Part shown: positions 48,915 to 58,519 of the stretch, one piece after another
Numbering within the stretch: position 1 is the stretch's first letter
How the letters are laid out: every line of letters starts with the position of its first letter
DNA from: a virus
Lineage: Duplodnaviria; Heunggongvirae; Uroviricota; Caudoviricetes
Direction: 5' to 3' (one strand)
Length of the DNA: 64,000 nt
Virus record (IMG/VR): IMGVR_UViG_3300020156_000001
Span: 1-64,000 of that record
Notes under the pieces: generated by a model
Seen by the model: only the letters and a program-made list of their open reading frames with translations
Databases searched by the model: none
What the model was told of the DNA's origin: nothing
Program-made: the position numbers and the translations under genes

Positions 48915-49589
48915 TTAGAATATGAAGAACAATCCGGGCAGCGAAGCAAACGCGAGGATCAATACCATGATCAATCGCGTTCCTGCAACAGCGCCGTCGT
49001 CAATGGGCAAGCCCTTGGTAATAGTTGTGGTAACTTCATCGTAGATGTCATTACCTTGGGGATCCTTCTTGATCGAATTGTCCTCATTGCGAACAAAACG
49101 CTTGGTAGTTTCCGTTGTGGTAGTTTCGGCCAAGCAAATCTTGCGGAAGTATTTGGACCAAAACGTCAGTAGCACGGTAAACCATAGGATACCAATACCA
49201 ACATCGGCGATCCGGCCGGCAATTTCAGCACCGCCCAAGTTGTAGACGAGAAGGAAAAGCGCGACCTTGCCTGGAAGTGTGCCGGCGAATTCGTTTGCAG
49301 CGACACCAAGTTCCTTGGCAGCGTTGGCGATACCCGTGCCAATAGCTTTGCCCATGTCGGCATAGCCCTGCACGGTGTCCTTGTCGAACTTGACCTTTGA
49401 CGCAATGTCGGAAAGATTTGTGGAAGTTTGCTTGGCAGAATCAACGATCTGCTGAATCTGTTTGACTTTGTCCGCAGGAAGACCATCTGTGTTGATCGTG
49501 GTCTGCGCCTGTTGTGCCGAAGCTATCGAGGGAGCGGCCATCACCGCTAGTCCCAAAAGTGCTGCGGCGAGAATGCTACGAATACGCAT
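48915..49589 (-). CDS. Exported/membrane protein
   Basis: Signal peptide MRIRSILAAALLGLAVMAAPSIASA plus ~3 hydrophobic segments; AGGAG SD. Confidence 0.75.
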   Translation of the reverse strand: MRIRSILAAALLGLAVMAAPSIASAQQAQTTINTDGLPADKVKQIQQIVDSAKQTSTNLSDIASKVKFDKDTVQGYADMGKAIGTGIANAAKELGVAANEFAGTLPGKVALFLLVYNLGGAEIAGRIADVGIGILWFTVLLTFWSKYFRKICLAETTTTETTKRFVRNEDNSIKKDPQGNDIYDEVTTTITKGLPIDDGAVAGTRLIMVLILAFASLPGLFFIF

Positions 49590-49749
49590 GTCCGCTCCTA
49601 TAGGTTTAAGGTACTCTGGTACTAAAACCACTGGAGCTTTTTGTCAATCCTCTTTTTAATTGCCGTGTAAAGGCGAGGACCAAGATAACCAATAGCAAAA
49701 CCAATGCTCATATAAAGCAGCATCCAAAACGTATACGTTTCCTGAAAGC

Positions 49750-49929
49750 TCATTTAACCACCCGTAGATGCGTTTCCGCGCGTTTTGTTGTCCGACAGTC
49801 CCAGCGCGTATAAGCGTATTGGAACAAAGCTACAAGCCCTATGATTGCGAGGATGACAGCGCCCACAACAATTCCTGCAGGAATTGTGAGCATAAAGAAT
49901 GAAAAGAAAAAATCGTGCAAATGATTCAT
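49750..49929 (-). CDS. Small membrane protein
   Basis: 59 aa from ATG 49929 with AGGAG SD; long hydrophobic stretch. Confidence 0.55.
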   Translation of the reverse strand: MNHLHDFFFSFFMLTIPAGIVVGAVILAIIGLVALFQYAYTRWDCRTTKRAETHLRVVK

Positions 49930-50130
49930 AAAATCTCCTACAAGTTGAGTTTCCCCGATCCTCAACACCGCCCTGATTACCCCAGGTGTAGCACAAACCC
50001 ATTGTAATCACATCCAGCCGCAAACCAGAAGATTGGAGAGCCAATCCCCTTTGTAGGAATAATCCAATGGACTGCTGGGCTTTCGTACCCGATGGTGCTA
50101 ACTAGGCCCCAGCGTTGTCCGTTTCCATGC
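49930..50130 (-). promoter_or_regulatory. Structured 5-prime leader or small RNA candidate
   Basis: TTGACT-17-TAAATT promoter (~50135-50163) followed by several nested helices, one pairing the SD. Confidence 0.5.
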
Positions 50131-50202
50131 AGCGAATTTATTTGAGGAATATCTAAAAGTCAAGATAATAGGGCGACCAGATATGACCGCCCTATCAAAG
50201 TT

Positions 50203-51276
50203 TTAGTCGATAATTGCCCGCTTCTGCGGAGCCTTGTTCGGGAAAAGTTTCTCGTTGATTCGATTTTGGATAGTAAGAAGATCGAACAACGGAGCATAGG
50301 TACCACGGGTGCAAAATTTATCTGAAGCTGCAAACTTCTTTGCAAATCCATTTGCTGCCGAGTAATCTTCTCCCTTGTTTTTATAGTTGCCTCCAAGCTT
50401 GTTAGCTTCGCTGGCCCAACGTGCTGCAGAAGTACCCGAATTGACAGCCGTAAACTTAACCCATTCCGTGAACTTCTGTCGCAGTTTCCAATTGAGCATA
50501 ATGTTGGGTTGCAAGCAAATTAGCTGGGTCAAACCAAGCAACATCTGTGCAGGAATAGTCTTCTGTTTCGGAACCCAAAATTCCGAAAGCTTGATTGCAA
50601 ATTTGACAACATCTTCGATACCAAATTTATCGCCAACAATAACTTTTGGCCAATGTTCGTCGGAGATTTCCTTTTCCAACGCCATATGTAAAGTACGAGC
50701 GCCGACAAAACGTTGATTCACAACTACATCACTTTCTTCAGTAGTGTGCGAATTCTTCGGCAGAATTCCAAATTCCTGGAACTTTTCGAAAAGTTCGTTT
50801 GCGCTTTCATCGCCAGCGCCACGGCGCATATTAAACTGCTCATCAAGCGAGAGCGGCTTCTTGAGATCAACCTGAAAAGCCAGGCAAAGTCGATGGGCTT
50901 GTTCTTCATCGGCCACGTCGTGAATCATAGCCGGTAAGCTTTGTAGTTGTGGACATACTGTACGAGCAATTTCACGACGGTGATCACCATCGACCAACTT
51001 CAGCACAATCCTTGAAACATTGGAAAGTGGATCCGTTTCGGTCCATCTAGCGACGATAATTGGAGTCCAAAGTTCTGGCCGATAACCGCCGTTGAGTTCA
51101 AGGTATTCCAAAGGAATTCGTTGCTGTGTTTCGCGCTGCTTTGCAATTGACGGAATGTTAATATCCACCCGACCGTACTCGGGAAACGTCATTTCCTCGA
51201 GAGGAATATGGTATTTTTCAGCATATTCCTTGGCCCGTGCTTGCGTTGCTTTGGTAGTAGTAGCTTTACTGGTCAT
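50203..51276 (-). CDS. ParB/Srx-like N-terminal domain protein
   Basis: PIIVA...LVDGDHR motif; GAGGAG SD; hairpin near 50167-50197 downstream. Confidence 0.65.
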   Translation of the reverse strand: MTSKATTTKATQARAKEYAEKYHIPLEEMTFPEYGRVDINIPSIAKQRETQQRIPLEYLELNGGYRPELWTPIIVARWTETDPLSNVSRIVLKLVDGDHRREIARTVCPQLQSLPAMIHDVADEEQAHRLCLAFQVDLKKPLSLDEQFNMRRGAGDESANELFEKFQEFGILPKNSHTTEESDVVVNQRFVGARTLHMALEKEISDEHWPKVIVGDKFGIEDVVKFAIKLSEFWVPKQKTIPAQMLLGLTQLICLQPNIMLNWKLRQKFTEWVKFTAVNSGTSAARWASEANKLGGNYKNKGEDYSAANGFAKKFAASDKFCTRGTYAPLFDLLTIQNRINEKLFPNKAPQKRAIID

Positions 51277-51402
51277 TTCAAACTCCTCATTGTGTTAAAA
51301 CCGTATCAACACACTATACGGAATTTGCGTTAGCACAAGCATTAATACAAATTACAAAACCTAGGCAATGGGCATAGTTAATAATTGGAAACCACTCATG
51401 GA

Positions 51403-51432
51403 AATAGGGCGACCGTTTCCGATCGCCCTATT
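51403..51432 (-). terminator. Intrinsic terminator
   Basis: AATAGGGCGA/TCGCCCTATT stem just after stop at 51437. Confidence 0.7.
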
Positions 51433-51436
51433 AGGA

Positions 51437-52015
51437 TTATTTGCCGAACTGAATGCCCTTGTCCGTACCAGTACGGAAAGTATCCTGCGTGGCCGCGGAA
51501 AGGATTGGGTTGTACTGGGGAGCTTTCAGATCAATCTGTGGATAGCCGGCCTGAGTGTACCAAAACTTCGACCATGGCTTGCGAAGATCGCTGCGATAAC
51601 CCTGGACACGAGCAATCAAAAGCTTCTGCTCGTTGAAGAAGTCACGCCGGCCGGACTCGATAATGCGCTGGACTTGATTGAAGAGATTTGGATCAATGTT
51701 TGGATAAGCTTCGCGAACAGCTTGTGCGACTGGCTTGACGCCGCCTTCACCATAACGTCCTTCGATAGAGCCGACGATCACTTCCTTGAGCGCGTCCTTG
51801 TAAGCGTTAGCAACGCCCATGCTTTCGATAGCAGCCTGCGTAAACTGCGAGTACTTGGCAGCGTTGGTGCTGACCTGTGCTTCGATGCCTTCTTCGTGGT
51901 CGACGCCGCTGTTGGAGTATGAGAAATACTGCGAAACAGCAAACACACCGATCAACAGCACGGCTGCGATTGAAGCAATTGCGACGAGCTTTCCGCCGCC
52001 AGTTTTTGAACTCAT
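51437..52015 (-). CDS. Membrane-anchored LemA-like protein
   Basis: N-terminal TM, helical body, IESGRRDF..Q..L pattern. Confidence 0.65.
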   Translation of the reverse strand: MSSKTGGGKLVAIASIAAVLLIGVFAVSQYFSYSNSGVDHEEGIEAQVSTNAAKYSQFTQAAIESMGVANAYKDALKEVIVGSIEGRYGEGGVKPVAQAVREAYPNIDPNLFNQVQRIIESGRRDFFNEQKLLIARVQGYRSDLRKPWSKFWYTQAGYPQIDLKAPQYNPILSAATQDTFRTGTDKGIQFGK

Positions 52016-53190
52016 CTAAATGATCTCCTGTTTGATTGAAATGCTGTGCCCAAGTCGATGTGATGGAACACAAACACAAGTCCGATACTTCCACCCACAC
52101 TTAGCACCAATGCCATAACTGTCAACCAGGTTGGCACCGGGATCTGCGACTTGAGGAACTCAAATTCCTTCATTTCTCGCCGCTCGTAATGGGCTTTTGC
52201 TGTTTCGCTGATCTTGTTGATAACATTGGGGAAGTTGATTGGTTGACCAATGCCTTCGCTAAGAGAATCGCGAATTGTAATGTCGTAGATGCTTTGCTTG
52301 GACCAGCTCATGCTTTCAGCCCACGCAAGCTTTCCATCGTTGACGCCCATAAACACAACAGCGTCGTTCTTCTTAAAGCCTTGCCAGAACCTACGCACGG
52401 CGTAAGGAAAATCCTCACTAGCAACCTTGGTATCCACAAGCACAAGAATCACATTCATTTGCTTGTTTGGTCCCAAATCCTTCAGCAAGTTTGATAACAA
52501 ACCATTCACGTAGTTGGGCACACTTACGTTACCAACGGCGATCACCCGATCCACGCGATAGTAATCATAAACTTCAATTGGATATTTGGGGAGAATGTTA
52601 AGGTACTTTTCCTCTGCCTTACCATCCTCATGGAACACGCTGTTTGAAGCGCCACGGATCCAGTTGGTGTAGGACTTTTGTGCGGCCACTGGCTCACCCA
52701 CATACGCGCTTGTGTAGCGTGGCGGCTCATACCGGCCCTGTGCATCAACGCGAGGAATGTAGAAAGTTTCCTTTACGTTGGAATCAAGCCAGTATTTGCG
52801 TTCCCAAGGATAGATGTAATTGTACTGAGTCTTGTAGTCCTGGACAGCGTGGCAACGTTTATCCTTGCCTTCGCCCGAACATACTTTGCGCGGTGGACCA
52901 TCCTTAACACGGCGTGTTGTGTATTCGGTGCAAAAACCATCAGTGTAGTCTTGCCAGCCAATTGGACAACGTTGCTGCTCAGTAATTTTGCGAGTAACCT
53001 CCCCGTTCCACAATTCATAATCGTGTGTATCGGAGTACCTTCCACCCCACCAAACCAACGATACGATAATCGCAGGAATAACAGCTTGTGCGAGAGCTTC
53101 TAGTGGGGTAATCGATTCATGCAGCAACCACATCACTAAACCAGCGATGATAATCGGCGTGAATATCGCAACGTAGAAAATAAAGTCCAT
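52012..53190 (-). CDS. Membrane protein with large soluble (TPM-like) domain
   Basis: Two N-terminal TMs, WQGFKKNDAVV, C-terminal TM; coupled to the LemA-like gene. Confidence 0.7.
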   Translation of the reverse strand: MDFIFYVAIFTPIIIAGLVMWLLHESITPLEALAQAVIPAIIVSLVWWGGRYSDTHDYELWNGEVTRKITEQQRCPIGWQDYTDGFCTEYTTRRVKDGPPRKVCSGEGKDKRCHAVQDYKTQYNYIYPWERKYWLDSNVKETFYIPRVDAQGRYEPPRYTSAYVGEPVAAQKSYTNWIRGASNSVFHEDGKAEEKYLNILPKYPIEVYDYYRVDRVIAVGNVSVPNYVNGLLSNLLKDLGPNKQMNVILVLVDTKVASEDFPYAVRRFWQGFKKNDAVVFMGVNDGKLAWAESMSWSKQSIYDITIRDSLSEGIGQPINFPNVINKISETAKAHYERREMKEFEFLKSQIPVPTWLTVMALVLSVGGSIGLVFVFHHIDLGTAFQSNRRSFR

Positions 53191-53239
53191 AAAGGATCTC
53201 CAATATTTGGGTCCTTTATATGTTCAGGAAGTCAGGAAG

Positions 53240-53446
53240 TCAACCTTTGTCGAAAGGAGCTAGGATCTTTTTGATCTCCGCTTTGGCTTCTCTCTCAGAA
53301 TAACGGTAAAACTTACGCCAGCTTGCTGCCGGATCTTCCATTGTAGTCCAAAAGATGCCAAACGTGGACACTTGGATATACCAAACGTCCTTTGATTCTC
53401 CAATCAGCGCACCGTTGATTGCGCGATATTGCCGCTTCCATGCCAT
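53240..53446 (-). CDS. Hypothetical protein
   Basis: 68 aa, AGGA SD. Confidence 0.6.
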   Translation of the reverse strand: MAWKRQYRAINGALIGESKDVWYIQVSTFGIFWTTMEDPAASWRKFYRYSEREAKAEIKKILAPFDKG

Positions 53447-53449
53447 GGC

Positions 53450-53944
53450 TTAATCCTTTTCACGGCGATAAAGAAGTTCCATCGACTTTGCTCGCCAACT
53501 CTCGCACAGATATCCGTGTCTAAAGTATGTGGTCTTGGAAAGCGAGCGCTTTGCTGACCAGCGCACCATAAAGAAACGCTCAGCATAATCATACCAATTA
53601 TGGCTGTGGAGTACGGATGCTCTGGTAAAGTGCATGTGTAGGTGAGTGTTAATGGAATAAGCAGTGTCCACGTGTACGATTGGTCCACGTGGTTCCAAAA
53701 TAAACCAGTTCTTCTTAAGACTGCGGTAGCGATCACGGCGAGTAGCGGGATCTGCGGTTACCCATGTCTTAGGGATAACGATGCCATGCTTGCGAGCAAC
53801 TTCGTTATAGATTTCCCACACAAACTTGTAATTTGCGTGGTAAGCTTCCTTGTTATACCTATCGTTGTAGGTACTCCTAACACGCTTTGCGTCTAGGATA
53901 TCATCGTGCTTGATGTCGTAACTGTGATAGATTCCATGTGCCAT
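53450..53944 (-). CDS. Hypothetical protein
   Basis: 164 aa in operon. Confidence 0.6.
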   Translation of the reverse strand: MAHGIYHSYDIKHDDILDAKRVRSTYNDRYNKEAYHANYKFVWEIYNEVARKHGIVIPKTWVTADPATRRDRYRSLKKNWFILEPRGPIVHVDTAYSINTHLHMHFTRASVLHSHNWYDYAERFFMVRWSAKRSLSKTTYFRHGYLCESWRAKSMELLYRREKD

Positions 53945-53963
53945 AATAGGAATCTAACTTGGA

Positions 53964-54302
53964 TCATGGTTTATGTTCAATATTAAAATAAACTGGAGTC
54001 ATCCCAAGTTTAGCGGCCATAGCATCGGCTTTGGTACGGAAGCCAATATAGTTAGTCAATGGTAAAGTTTTCCAGTGCCAAGGTTCCACGTTTTCCAAAT
54101 ATGGAGGTTGTAAGCCCCAAATACTAATGCAAGCGGATTCAAGTTCCTGCTTAACTTTGTTTACATAAATTTCGTGGATGAATTTCACTTTGATTTGAGC
54201 GTCGATGCCAGAAATTAAAAGGTGTGGATGGTCTACCATATATGGTAAACGGTTTTCATCGTATTCGTATTCGTATTGAATAATGCTAGAAATTTTCGCC
54301 AT
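53964..54302 (-). CDS. Small protein, F-x4-DA-x2-FKL family
   Basis: GFRTKADAMAAKLGM; GGAGG SD before MAKIS. Confidence 0.65.
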   Translation of the reverse strand: MAKISSIIQYEYEYDENRLPYMVDHPHLLISGIDAQIKVKFIHEIYVNKVKQELESACISIWGLQPPYLENVEPWHWKTLPLTNYIGFRTKADAMAAKLGMTPVYFNIEHKP

Positions 54303-54777
54303 TGAAGAGTCCTCCAGAGCGTTCGACCGTAACACCATCAAACAGAATCCTAAATTTAGCTGCATCACTGCGCTCTCTAAACGCAAAAGCAGCATGGTTG
54401 TGGTTACGATACCAACGAGCACTTGGCTTGTTATATCCTCGGCCAAAGCTGGCGTTGCATTGCTTGTCCAGCCAACGATACACCGGATGTTGCTTTGGAA
54501 TCACATAAGTGTGGTTGGATTCATCACACGCTTGGGGAACAAAAAGAAACTTTCGGTGCGGACTCATATCCAATGGAAGCTCATCGCACATCTTTATGAT
54601 AAGTGTGAAGTCCGCTGGTGGCAAACTGTCCTTCTTTGAAGATGCCCGCATGGAGTACCTTGGGTTCATCATCGGTAAAATCATATTTTGCGCGGTCAAG
54701 ATCGACGCAACTGAATGTGGTTTAACCGTTTTTATTGTGGACATCAATACTTTGTGATGTGAAATCGAATTAGTCAT
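54286..54777 (-). CDS. Small protein, F-x4-DA-x2-FKL family
   Basis: AFRERSDAAKFRILF; ATGA overlap. Confidence 0.65.
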   Translation of the reverse strand: MTNSISHHKVLMSTIKTVKPHSVASILTAQNMILPMMNPRYSMRASSKKDSLPPADFTLIIKMCDELPLDMSPHRKFLFVPQACDESNHTYVIPKQHPVYRWLDKQCNASFGRGYNKPSARWYRNHNHAAFAFRERSDAAKFRILFDGVTVERSGGLFNGENF

Positions 54778-55115
54778 AGAACACACACCGTATCCTGAGA
54801 CAAGTCAATTTCAGTACCATCCCATGTGGTTCTAAACAGCATGGCGTGCTTTTTGTTACCATAGGTGAAACCATTAACAGATGACACCACAATTCTGTTT
54901 ATTAGGTTTGGCATCCAAAGCCAAGGATTTGGCCTACCAAAAGCATCATAGTTCCATTGTATCAAATTCTGGGAAAGTTTCCATTCGTCTAAAAGATGAG
55001 AACGTGAACCCGTATGGATCATATCCATCGCTATCACTAACACCTTATGAGGTGTGGGTGAGGTTGGATGATATTCATAAGTACATTTGAGGTACGACAT
55101 ACTTGAGCCCAGCAA
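54774..55115 (-). CDS. Small protein, F-x4-DA-x2-FKL family (divergent)
   Basis: YGNKKHAMLFRTTW; start uncertain. Confidence 0.6.
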   Translation of the reverse strand: MLGSSMSYLKCTYEYHPTSPTPHKVLVIAMDMIHTGSRSHLLDEWKLSQNLIQWNYDAFGRPNPWLWMPNLINRIVVSSVNGFTYGNKKHAMLFRTTWDGTEIDLSQDTVCVL

Positions 55116-55159
55116 TTATCCTGCTGATGCTAACTGGTATGTCGATGTTTTGCAAGAGC

Positions 55160-55459
55160 TTAGTCGTTCCAAATCTTTACGCGAAGGTAACCGAACATTG
55201 GATGAGTGCAATGGTATTCCCAGTACTCACGTTCGTTTTCCTGCGTGTTCATTCCCTGATTTGGATAAAGCTGAACAAATTCCAGCGTTCGTTGGGTGCG
55301 GGTGCTACGGAGATAAAACATTGGCTTGCCGGTGCTGCGATCCGGCTTTGGGACCAAATCACTTAGATCGCTGGCTTCTGCCGTGAACAGCTTGGAATCC
55401 GCATGATACGTAAAGTTGTCCGTATCGATTACCGAATATCCTGCCATCGTTGCGATCAT
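55160..55459 (-). CDS. Hypothetical protein
   Basis: 99 aa, AGGAG SD, own promoter at ~55508. Confidence 0.7.
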   Translation of the reverse strand: MIATMAGYSVIDTDNFTYHADSKLFTAEASDLSDLVPKPDRSTGKPMFYLRSTRTQRTLEFVQLYPNQGMNTQENEREYWEYHCTHPMFGYLRVKIWND

Positions 55460-55508
55460 CGTTAGCTCCTTTGTTTGTACTTGTAATCTAGCACAACTCA
55501 GGAAGTTG

Positions 55509-55829
55509 TCAATCCTGAAATGCCAGTTTTATTACCAACGCGTCCTCTTTTTTGCGGAACTTTACGCAACGATATCCATTAGAAGCTTCGGCCGCCCATG
55601 GTACGTAGGCAACGCCAAGACGGGGAAACCTTTCCTCGCATAGCTCTTCTAGTTGCCTCCAAAGCATACTGTGTTGATCTATGCTGGCAATTCTTCCATC
55701 CTCACTAAACCGTTGGAACTTGAGAGTGTGAGGAAAAACAAAAGTTGGATTTACTAGTTCGTAAACCAATTTGGGAGGACCAAACTTAGGCGGCCGCCAG
55801 CTACCACCCAAAATAACATCAATACCCAC
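55509..55829 (-). CDS. Small protein, F-x4-DA-x2-FKL family
   Basis: KFRKKEDALVIKLAF; AGGAG SD. Confidence 0.7.
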   Translation of the reverse strand: MGIDVILGGSWRPPKFGPPKLVYELVNPTFVFPHTLKFQRFSEDGRIASIDQHSMLWRQLEELCEERFPRLGVAYVPWAAEASNGYRCVKFRKKEDALVIKLAFQD

Positions 55830-55841
55830 GTGAAACTCCTT

Positions 55842-56195
55842 TTACGGAGTATATGCGAGTTTAATCATTACTGCATCCGATTTTTTAACAAAAACAAATC
55901 GGTCTTCTTGAAACTTCCATGTGGGACCGCGAAGAAATGTTCGTGCATCGCCAATACGTTCCTCACAAAGCGCCGTAAGTTGACTCCAGCTGGAATGCGC
56001 GGGACTTGCCGGCACAACATGCCCCAGCTTATTGTACATGCGTGGAACCAGCGCATATCGATAACGAAAAACAAAGCCAGGCTTTTCTACAAACTCCAGC
56101 TTGAAATCGGTATACCGACGCATGGTGCGGAGTTCTTCTTCGGTGTAACCGTCAATATAAGTGCCCATTTCCGATCCACCCCAACTTTCTTCCAT
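55842..56195 (-). CDS. Small protein, F-x4-DA-x2-FKL family
   Basis: LCEERI...FVKKSDAVMIKLAY; resembles neighbour (LCEERF). Confidence 0.7.
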   Translation of the reverse strand: MEESWGGSEMGTYIDGYTEEELRTMRRYTDFKLEFVEKPGFVFRYRYALVPRMYNKLGHVVPASPAHSSWSQLTALCEERIGDARTFLRGPTWKFQEDRFVFVKKSDAVMIKLAYTP

Positions 56196-56509
56196 TAGCC
56201 AAATACCATCTTGAATTGCATGGCATGGGCTTTACGCCGAAACTCAATGCGATTCCTGCTGGGACTGACAAAGTAGCTGATCTGAAAGAATCCGCTACCA
56301 AACCGCGTGAAGTTCTCTTGGCAATATTCGTGGGCAGTTTTCCAAAACAGATCACCCGGCCGAACTGACCAAGTGGTGCCCTGGTCATTTTCCCATCTTA
56401 CATGGAGAACATGTTTTTGTAGAGCATACCAAGGCCCTTCCTTCTTGTAAGAGAAGATTGGTTTTGCTGCGAAAGGATACCACCCTGCCCCGTTGTCGTC
56501 GATTTCCAT
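56195..56509 (-). CDS. Small protein, F-x4-DA-x2-FKL family
   Basis: YCQENF...EFRRKAHAMQFKMVFG; TAATG overlap. Confidence 0.7.
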   Translation of the reverse strand: MEIDDNGAGWYPFAAKPIFSYKKEGPWYALQKHVLHVRWENDQGTTWSVRPGDLFWKTAHEYCQENFTRFGSGFFQISYFVSPSRNRIEFRRKAHAMQFKMVFG

Positions 56510-56787
56510 TACCGATCCTTCCAAGCTTCAAACAATGGAACGCCGATGATATCACCGGGCTTTGCATCTTCATAGGACACCGGAGGAAGCGCACCAATGG
56601 CCGTCATATGCTTGCGTGGCGGACGTTCGGGAACTGTTTCCTTGAGCTTTGCTGGCTGATGGTAGCCGGGGTTCAAAGCCTTACGTGAGGGGCTGGATGG
56701 AAAATACGGATAAACCGTTCGAGCATTGTTCATCTGCACGATGAGCATTGCGGATTGGATCATCGGTAAGATATTGATAAAGCTCAT
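56509..56787 (-). CDS. Hypothetical protein
   Basis: Fits between coupled genes. Confidence 0.5.
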   Translation of the reverse strand: MSFINILPMIQSAMLIVQMNNARTVYPYFPSSPSRKALNPGYHQPAKLKETVPERPPRKHMTAIGALPPVSYEDAKPGDIIGVPLFEAWKDR

Positions 56788-56788
56788 C

Positions 56789-57139
56789 TTACTTTTCCAT
56801 CTTCCACTTGAGGTATTCAGTGGCCTCGTCAGCAAAGTTTTTCGTTAGTTCGGATTCTGCCACCAACGCAAACTTTTGCCAAGTGTGAAGGAACTTGGAT
56901 GCTGCGATGGTGTCGAGAAAGCTGCACACGGTTTGCGGAACCATTGGAACAATATCTAGGGCATCGGTTTCTATTTCATACTTACCATCGACAAATGCGA
57001 TGATCTTGCTCATGTAAAAGCCAATATGAAAAAGCTTACTTTCCAAGCAAACGCCACCGCCGGTACCTATCCATGTTACTTGGCCGGTAAAGGTTCCGCG
57101 ATCGCTGCGAACTGTGATAATGTCGTTAACGTTGAACAT
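56789..57139 (-). CDS. Hypothetical protein
   Basis: Start MFNVN after AGGAGATCGAA. Confidence 0.65.
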   Translation of the reverse strand: MFNVNDIITVRSDRGTFTGQVTWIGTGGGVCLESKLFHIGFYMSKIIAFVDGKYEIETDALDIVPMVPQTVCSFLDTIAASKFLHTWQKFALVAESELTKNFADEATEYLKWKMEK

Positions 57140-57161
57140 TTCGATCTCCTTGATCTGCGCG

Positions 57162-57443
57162 TTAGTTAATCGCGTAGATGTCAATTCCCTTTGCTTCAGC
57201 AGCTTTGACCGCGGCCTTAACAGCTTTGCGATCCATCTTAAACGACCAAACCGAACCAACAGCAAAGCCAGCTTCACGCAGTGCTTCCGACATATCGGTG
57301 TCGATCTTCGTCATCCACTTGCCGCTCTTGTGGAATGTTGATTCGGCGGAGATCTTGGAGATCGGCTTGCTCTTGGCCCAACCATCGAGGAAGTTTGCAG
57401 CCTTGAGAATTTCAAGTTCTGTAAGCTTCTTTGCCTTAGCCAT
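57162..57443 (-). CDS. Small basic hypothetical protein
   Basis: MAKAKK start after GGAGATCGAAA; promoter at ~57499. Confidence 0.7.
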   Translation of the reverse strand: MAKAKKLTELEILKAANFLDGWAKSKPISKISAESTFHKSGKWMTKIDTDMSEALREAGFAVGSVWSFKMDRKAVKAAVKAAEAKGIDIYAIN

Positions 57444-57533
57444 TTTCGATCTCCGTTGTTTGTTCCTATGTTCTGAATCTAACATAGAGTAGGAAGGAGT
57501 CAACCGATTCAATCGTTGATGAACCAAAAATGA

Positions 57534-58025
57534 TTACCATTTTGGATTTTTGAGATTTGTCCCATTACGCTTATGGACTCGCATATGATCTACAATTTCA
57601 GTCACGCCTTTTATCAATAATCCTGCATTAATATCGCCTGACTCCAATGTTAAGCCATGGATCATAATAGAGACATAGAATTCTGGCTGTACCTTTTTAT
57701 TGAACAGAAACAAAAACACACTTGCATATTTTTCATAACTTCTGTTGATGGCACCAAATTCACGAACAGCCGCAAGTCTTGGGTATAGTAGGAAGGGATT
57801 TTCTTCTAAGACTATATCTGGCTCACGCACACCCACACTTCTTGCAAAATCTACTTGCTTTTTGAATTCATTTGAATCTGTCTCACAGCGGAAGGCGAAT
57901 TCATACATCTGCTGAAATTTTACAAATCCCTGGTGACGAGTACTTGAGGGAATGAATCCTTTGCAAGGATTAAAGGGAGTATGTGGTGTGTGATCCTCAA
58001 GCAGCATAATCGTCTCCTGTTTCAT
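57534..58025 (-). CDS. Hypothetical protein
   Basis: 163 aa; promoter at ~58054. Confidence 0.6.
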   Translation of the reverse strand: MKQETIMLLEDHTPHTPFNPCKGFIPSSTRHQGFVKFQQMYEFAFRCETDSNEFKKQVDFARSVGVREPDIVLEENPFLLYPRLAAVREFGAINRSYEKYASVFLFLFNKKVQPEFYVSIMIHGLTLESGDINAGLLIKGVTEIVDHMRVHKRNGTNLKNPKW

Positions 58026-58058
58026 TTAGGAAACTAACATAGGAACTAGGTTTGTCAA

Positions 58059-58415
58059 CTAAGAACAATAATCCACATACAAAGGAAAAAGATCATAGGT
58101 GGTTTTACCCTTAAACATTAACACGAACAGAATGGCATCCGCATGATCTCGAAAGGTAAAGACTAGTTCTGATCGTGGCCGTCGATCCCATCTATAATTC
58201 ATACCTATGCCTTGGGCACCAAACATGTTAACCATTTCGTGCCGTAGGTAAAACTGCCACATTTCAAAATGTTCGGTTACGTCCCATACCGGAACAACAC
58301 CGTCATAATATCTCTCATACTTTGGGCCAAAGTTGTACTTTAGGGAAACCCAATGAGGCTTCCATCGAGAACGATCATGAAAGTGATAATCCAAATAATA
58401 GTGGAATACTTGCAT
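58059..58415 (-). CDS. Small protein, F-x4-DA-x2-FKL family
   Basis: TFRDHADAILFVLMF; promoter at ~58468. Confidence 0.65.
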   Translation of the reverse strand: MQVFHYYLDYHFHDRSRWKPHWVSLKYNFGPKYERYYDGVVPVWDVTEHFEMWQFYLRHEMVNMFGAQGIGMNYRWDRRPRSELVFTFRDHADAILFVLMFKGKTTYDLFPLYVDYCS

Positions 58416-58519
58416 ACTGCTATTCTTCTAGAATCCTTTGAGGTAACCTAGCATGAGTAGTAAGTTTGTCAAACAGATATGGAAAAGGCTCCCACTAGGA
58501 GAGCCTTGACCATTGCTAA

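Noticed and set aside
49754-50044. 96-aa TTG-start ORF
   Set aside because: Overlaps a better ORF with AGGAG SD (49750..49929) and a structured leader; left as an alternative.
51368-51922. 184-aa plus-strand ORF
   Set aside because: Antisense shadow of the LemA-like gene, crossing its terminator.
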